From contig OY762428.1 of NCBI GenBank assembly GCA_963665665.1, positions 2,016,001 to 2,080,000 on the forward strand: a stretch of 64,000 nt of DNA, in the 5' to 3' direction. Within the stretch, counting starts at the first letter, position 1. Every line of letters starts with the position of its first letter. The position numbers and the translations under genes were made by a program. A model generated the notes under the pieces. The model ran no database searches. It was not told the DNA's origin and saw only the letters and a program-made list of their open reading frames with translations. The DNA is from Candidatus Kapaibacterium sp. Lineage in GTDB: Bacteria > Bacteroidota > Ignavibacteria > Kapaibacteriales > UBA2268. Positions 60,785 to 64,000 of this stretch are shown in pieces.

Positions 60785-60835
60785 TTTCTAATGTATAAAA
60801 TGCCCCATAAGGGATTGACTATTTAATTAGAAATT

Positions 60836-61040
60836 GATAATTAAAAATGCTTCATAGCTTAAATAAATCGAGAAATGGAAGTATCCTCCCCCTTAATCCC
60901 CCTCCAAAGGGGGACATCCCAGAATTCCCATCGAGAGGTGGATTGCGAAGGATCCATTCTTCAACAGTATCAGCAGGAAAAGATGGATTCTTCAGTCGCA
61001 AGCTCCTTCAGAATGACAAGAGGGTTCTTCAAATGAAAAT
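60836..61040 (+). repeat. Modular inter-cassette repeat R2
   Basis: GATAATTAAAAATGCTTCATAGCTTAAA..CCCCCTTAATCCCCCTCCAAAGGGGGAC..GCGAAGGATCC..GGATTCTTC..GAATGAC. Confidence 0.85.
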
Positions 61041-61078
61041 TAAAAATAATAACAACCGAAAATGAATAACCAAGACTG

Positions 61079-61402
61079 ATGGGCAGAAAAAATAAAAAGA
61101 AAAAATATTACGATGAGCCTCTGAGCAAGGAAATGATCAGTAATATTATACATGAGGCTGTAGAAAAGCAGATAAAGGAGAAGAATCCTCCGGAGGTTGC
61201 GAGAACTTATTACAGGCTGATAGTTATGGGATTGAGTTCCAAAGATGCAAAATCACAAATAATACGGGCTTTTTCAATTGAACTCAGGCAAAGTAAAAAA
61301 TCGGACTATGCCTGGGAAAAAGAATCATATATAGAAATACTTGAAATGCTCCCCATGGAAGATGAGGAATTATATGCTCTTTACCATAGTTTCGAGGACT
61401 AA
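61079..61402 (+). CDS. Hypothetical protein (helical; V..QI....PPE...Y.RL...G pattern)
   Basis: 107-aa ORF with protein-like composition; possible DUF1841-like similarity is recalled, not verified. Confidence 0.55.
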   Translation: MGRKNKKKKYYDEPLSKEMISNIIHEAVEKQIKEKNPPEVARTYYRLIVMGLSSKDAKSQIIRAFSIELRQSKKSDYAWEKESYIEILEMLPMEDEELYALYHSFED

Positions 61403-61455
61403 AGAAATAATCACGATAAGAGTGCAAAGTAAATTAAGCAACTAAGCTATCAATA

Positions 61456-61764
61456 ATGGAAAACGTTGAACAAATAAAGAATATACTTGAAAAAATCTTC
61501 TGGGATATGAACCCCGGGGAGAAAAACAGAAATATCAATATTATTTTGTCGGACAAAAAATCAGTCCTGTCCGATAAACGAATACTGATAAAATTGCTTA
61601 CGGGGCTTGCATGGTACGACCTGCAAAAACTTTTCACGCAGGAAGAATTAAAATCTGCCTTAAATTATGATGTTATTGACAAATTATTCCCGGTTTCCTT
61701 AAGAAATTATTATAATGATGCCGCAAAATTACTACGAAAATATTCTTTACCCTCTGCAGGATAA
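61456..61764 (+). CDS. Small protein, putative antitoxin partner of second AbiEii-like NTase
   Basis: IFWDMN..., WYDL; 3' end overlaps the NTase gene by 50 nt. Confidence 0.6.
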   Translation: MENVEQIKNILEKIFWDMNPGEKNRNINIILSDKKSVLSDKRILIKLLTGLAWYDLQKLFTQEELKSALNYDVIDKLFPVSLRNYYNDAAKLLRKYSLPSAG

Positions 61765-62404
61765 AATTTTAAAATTGGTAAGCTTAGCCAAAACTGATTT
61801 CTACCTGACAGGCGGAACTGCTCTTAGCAGGGTTTACCTAAATCACAGGTATTCAGACGATTTGGATTTTTTTGTTAATAACAGCCCTGATTTTAAGCCG
61901 GCCGTGGAAGCAGTTCTAAATATTTTTGATGATGGGGAAGTTATCTATAAGCCAATTTCAACAAATAACGGATTTGTCAGGTTGGTAATTAATGATAAAA
62001 ACTGCAATCTGAAAATTGACTTTGTTAACGATATTTCTTTCAGAGCGGGTGAAGTTGGTGAATGGAAGAAATACCCGAGAGTAGATAATATGCTGAATAT
62101 ATTATCTAATAAGATTACTGCACTGACGCGCTACGAAACTAAGGATATCGTGGATATTGTCCATATTGCTGTCAAAACAGAATTTAGCTGGGAAGAAATC
62201 TTCAACGATGCCCTCCAAAAAGATGTTTGGGCAAACCCGGTGGAAGCTGCAAAGATTCTTGATGCTTTCCCAACAGGAAAACTTAAAGAAATAAAATGGA
62301 TAGCTGATAGTCCGGATGAAACGATCTTTTCGGATTATATTTCCCAAATTATTCAGGATATTCTTTCAGGCAAAGACAATAGCCTTTTTGGAATTTGCAA
62401 ATAA
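61715..62404 (+). CDS. AbiEii/AbiGii-family nucleotidyltransferase
   Basis: FYLTGGTALSRVYLNHRYSDDLDFF; KIDFVND; NK..A..R...KDIVDI. Confidence 0.85.
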   Translation: MMPQNYYENILYPLQDKILKLVSLAKTDFYLTGGTALSRVYLNHRYSDDLDFFVNNSPDFKPAVEAVLNIFDDGEVIYKPISTNNGFVRLVINDKNCNLKIDFVNDISFRAGEVGEWKKYPRVDNMLNILSNKITALTRYETKDIVDIVHIAVKTEFSWEEIFNDALQKDVWANPVEAAKILDAFPTGKLKEIKWIADSPDETIFSDYISQIIQDILSGKDNSLFGICK

Positions 62405-62407
62405 AAA

Positions 62408-62601
62408 ATTCCCATCGAGGGGTGTCCGAAGGGCGGGGTGGATTCTTCAATTAAATAATTAACAATGCTTCATAGCTTAAAAAAATTGATAAATAGTAGT
62501 ATCCTTCCCCTTAATCCCCCTCCAAAGGGGGACATCCCAGAATTCCCATCGAGGGGTGGATTTATTATTGAAAATGAAGAAGAAATAAAACATAAATTCA
62601 A
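62408..62601 (+). repeat. Modular inter-cassette repeat R3
   Basis: ATTCCCATCGAGGGGTG twice, ATGCTTCATAGCTTAAAAA, CCCCTTAATCCCCCTCCAAAGGGGGAC, GAAAATGAAGAAGAA..ACATAAAT. Confidence 0.85.
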
Positions 62602-62796
62602 ATGATAGATAAATCAGCAATAAATATTACAAGCAAAAACAACGATACATCTGAAATTGAATATTGGAGCCGTAAAACGCCGATATTGCGGATTCTTGCT
62701 TTAGAAGAATTGAGAAAAGAATATATTAAGTGGAAACATGATTCAGAGCCGGGATTTCAAAGAGTTTATAAAATTATTAAACTCAAAGAAAGTTAA
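62602..62796 (+). CDS. Small protein preceding nucleotidyltransferase (putative partner)
   Basis: YW..KTP..RI.ALE.LR...FQRVY pattern; overlaps the next gene by 59 nt. Confidence 0.6.
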   Translation: MIDKSAINITSKNNDTSEIEYWSRKTPILRILALEELRKEYIKWKHDSEPGFQRVYKIIKLKES

Positions 62797-63217
62797 ATAT
62801 ATGATAATTGGCGGCTATGCTGTTGCTTACCATGGATATCCCAGATATACGGGCGATATAGATTTTTGGATTGATAATAGCAGGGAAAATGCCAGAAGAA
62901 TTATTGCGGTTCTTAACGATTTTGGATTCGATTCACTTGAGATAAAACCTGATGATCTTGCTAATCCTGATAATGTAATTCAACTTGGATTCCCTCCGAA
63001 CAGGATAGATTTGATTTGCGGTATTGAGGGGATTGATTATAACAATGCTTATGATAATTCTGAAATAACCGAAATTGATGGCGAAAAGATCAGGTTTATA
63101 AATCTTGACGATTTGATAACCACCAAGAGTATTAGCGCCCGAAAACAGGATCTGGCCGATATTGATAAACTTGAAAAGATTCGCCTGATGAGGAAAAACC
63201 TTAATGGAAAGAGTTAA
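62738..63217 (+). CDS. Minimal nucleotidyltransferase (DUF6036-like)
   Basis: DFKEF..LLN...Y.IIGGYAVAYHGYPRYTGDIDFW; K...R.QD.AD. Confidence 0.8.
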   Translation: MIQSRDFKEFIKLLNSKKVKYMIIGGYAVAYHGYPRYTGDIDFWIDNSRENARRIIAVLNDFGFDSLEIKPDDLANPDNVIQLGFPPNRIDLICGIEGIDYNNAYDNSEITEIDGEKIRFINLDDLITTKSISARKQDLADIDKLEKIRLMRKNLNGKS

Positions 63218-63285
63218 TTAAAATAAACACGCAAAGGCGCTGAGAACTCAAAGAAAAAAATTCACCTTGTATGTTTGTAAAGACA

Positions 63286-63467
63286 GATAATTAAAAATGC
63301 TTCATAACTTAAAAATATTCAAAAATGGAAGTATCCTCCCCCTTAATCCCCCTCCAAAGGGGGACAATCCAGAATTCCTATCAAGGGGTGAATGCGAAGG
63401 ATACATTCTTCAACACTATCAGCAGGAAAAGATGGATTCTTCAGTCGCAAGCTCCCTCTGAATGACA
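63286..63467 (+). repeat. Modular inter-cassette repeat R4
   Basis: Direct repeat of R2 (60836-61018) with scattered substitutions. Confidence 0.85.
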
Positions 63468-63518
63468 TTTACACACTTGTTCCATTAGCTTCATAGTTCT
63501 GCTAAGTACATAATAAAA

Positions 63519-64000
63519 ATGCAAGTCACAGAAAAATATATTGACAGTCTCCTTAATCAGGGCGAAAACAGCGGGGTAGAGTTTAAATCCGCTGATGTGC
63601 GGGTCGAATCCCTTGCAAAGGAAATCGTGGCTTTTGCAAATACTTCCGGCGGTACTGTTTTGTTGGGCGTGGATGATGATTCTACTATTTCAGGCCTCTT
63701 GCCAGATAAGAATTATGAAGAATGGGTTATGAATATTGCCCGCAACAATATAATCCCGGCTATTCAGCTTGATTACAGCGAACACGAGAAAAATAGAAAA
63801 ACAATTGCCATTATCAATGTTCCTAAGGGCAAGGACAAACCCTACCAGGCAAATGACAATAAATTTTATCTCAGGGTTGGATCTACAAACAGGGTTGCCA
63901 CTATAAATGAACTACTCAGGTTGTTTCAGGAGAGCGGCGCTTTTCATTATGATATTACCAGCGTGGATGGAAGCAGCCCCAAAGCTCTGAATTTCTTCAA
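63519..64000 (+). CDS. AlbA_2 (Schlafen-like) DNA-binding domain protein, 3' end outside window
   Basis: Manual translation MQVTEKYIDSLLNQGENSGVEFKS...EIVAFANTSGGTVLLGVDDD...KPY....FYLRVGSTNR. Confidence 0.8.
   Translation, partial: MQVTEKYIDSLLNQGENSGVEFKSADVRVESLAKEIVAFANTSGGTVLLGVDDDSTISGLLPDKNYEEWVMNIARNNIIPAIQLDYSEHEKNRKTIAIINVPKGKDKPYQANDNKFYLRVGSTNRVATINELLRLFQESGAFHYDITSVDGSSPKALNFF

Noticed and set aside
59484-64000. Classical integron
   Set aside because: No intI tyrosine recombinase in the window, and the repeats lack recognisable RYYYAAC...GTTRRRY attC ends

Overview
AT-rich chromosomal window from an FCB-group bacterium. An Ignavibacteria/Ca. Kapabacteria-like lineage is inferred from Bacteroidota-type TAnnTTTG promoters and a UpxY gene occurring together with flagellar genes. 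Most of it is housekeeping: tatC, polyprenyl synthase, adk, pheT-[long coiled coil]-zapA-6S RNA-rny, rplU-rpmA, tRNA-Leu-tig-clpP-clpX, PBP1A, ssb, murE and prfA. It also holds a sigma28-type flagellin operon (fliC-fliS-fliD-flaG-fliT-like-flgM), a tandem two-domain alkaline phosphatase, two LamG/IPTL-CTERM paralogs, an IS3 element with a 3-bp target duplication, a 42-bp tandem repeat and dispersed palindromic repeats. The most unusual part is 58.9-64 kb. There a UpxY/NusG-paralog antiterminator heads a co-oriented array of three different small-gene + nucleotidyltransferase (AbiEii-like/DUF6036-like) pairs and an AlbA_2 protein. Each unit is preceded by a copy of one modular palindromic repeat that carries a short ORF running through it toward the next gene. 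A candidate orphan sRNA (about 27.76-27.84 kb, minus strand) and CsrA-type sites in the flagellin leader were also found. All calls are by eye from motifs; no database searches were run.
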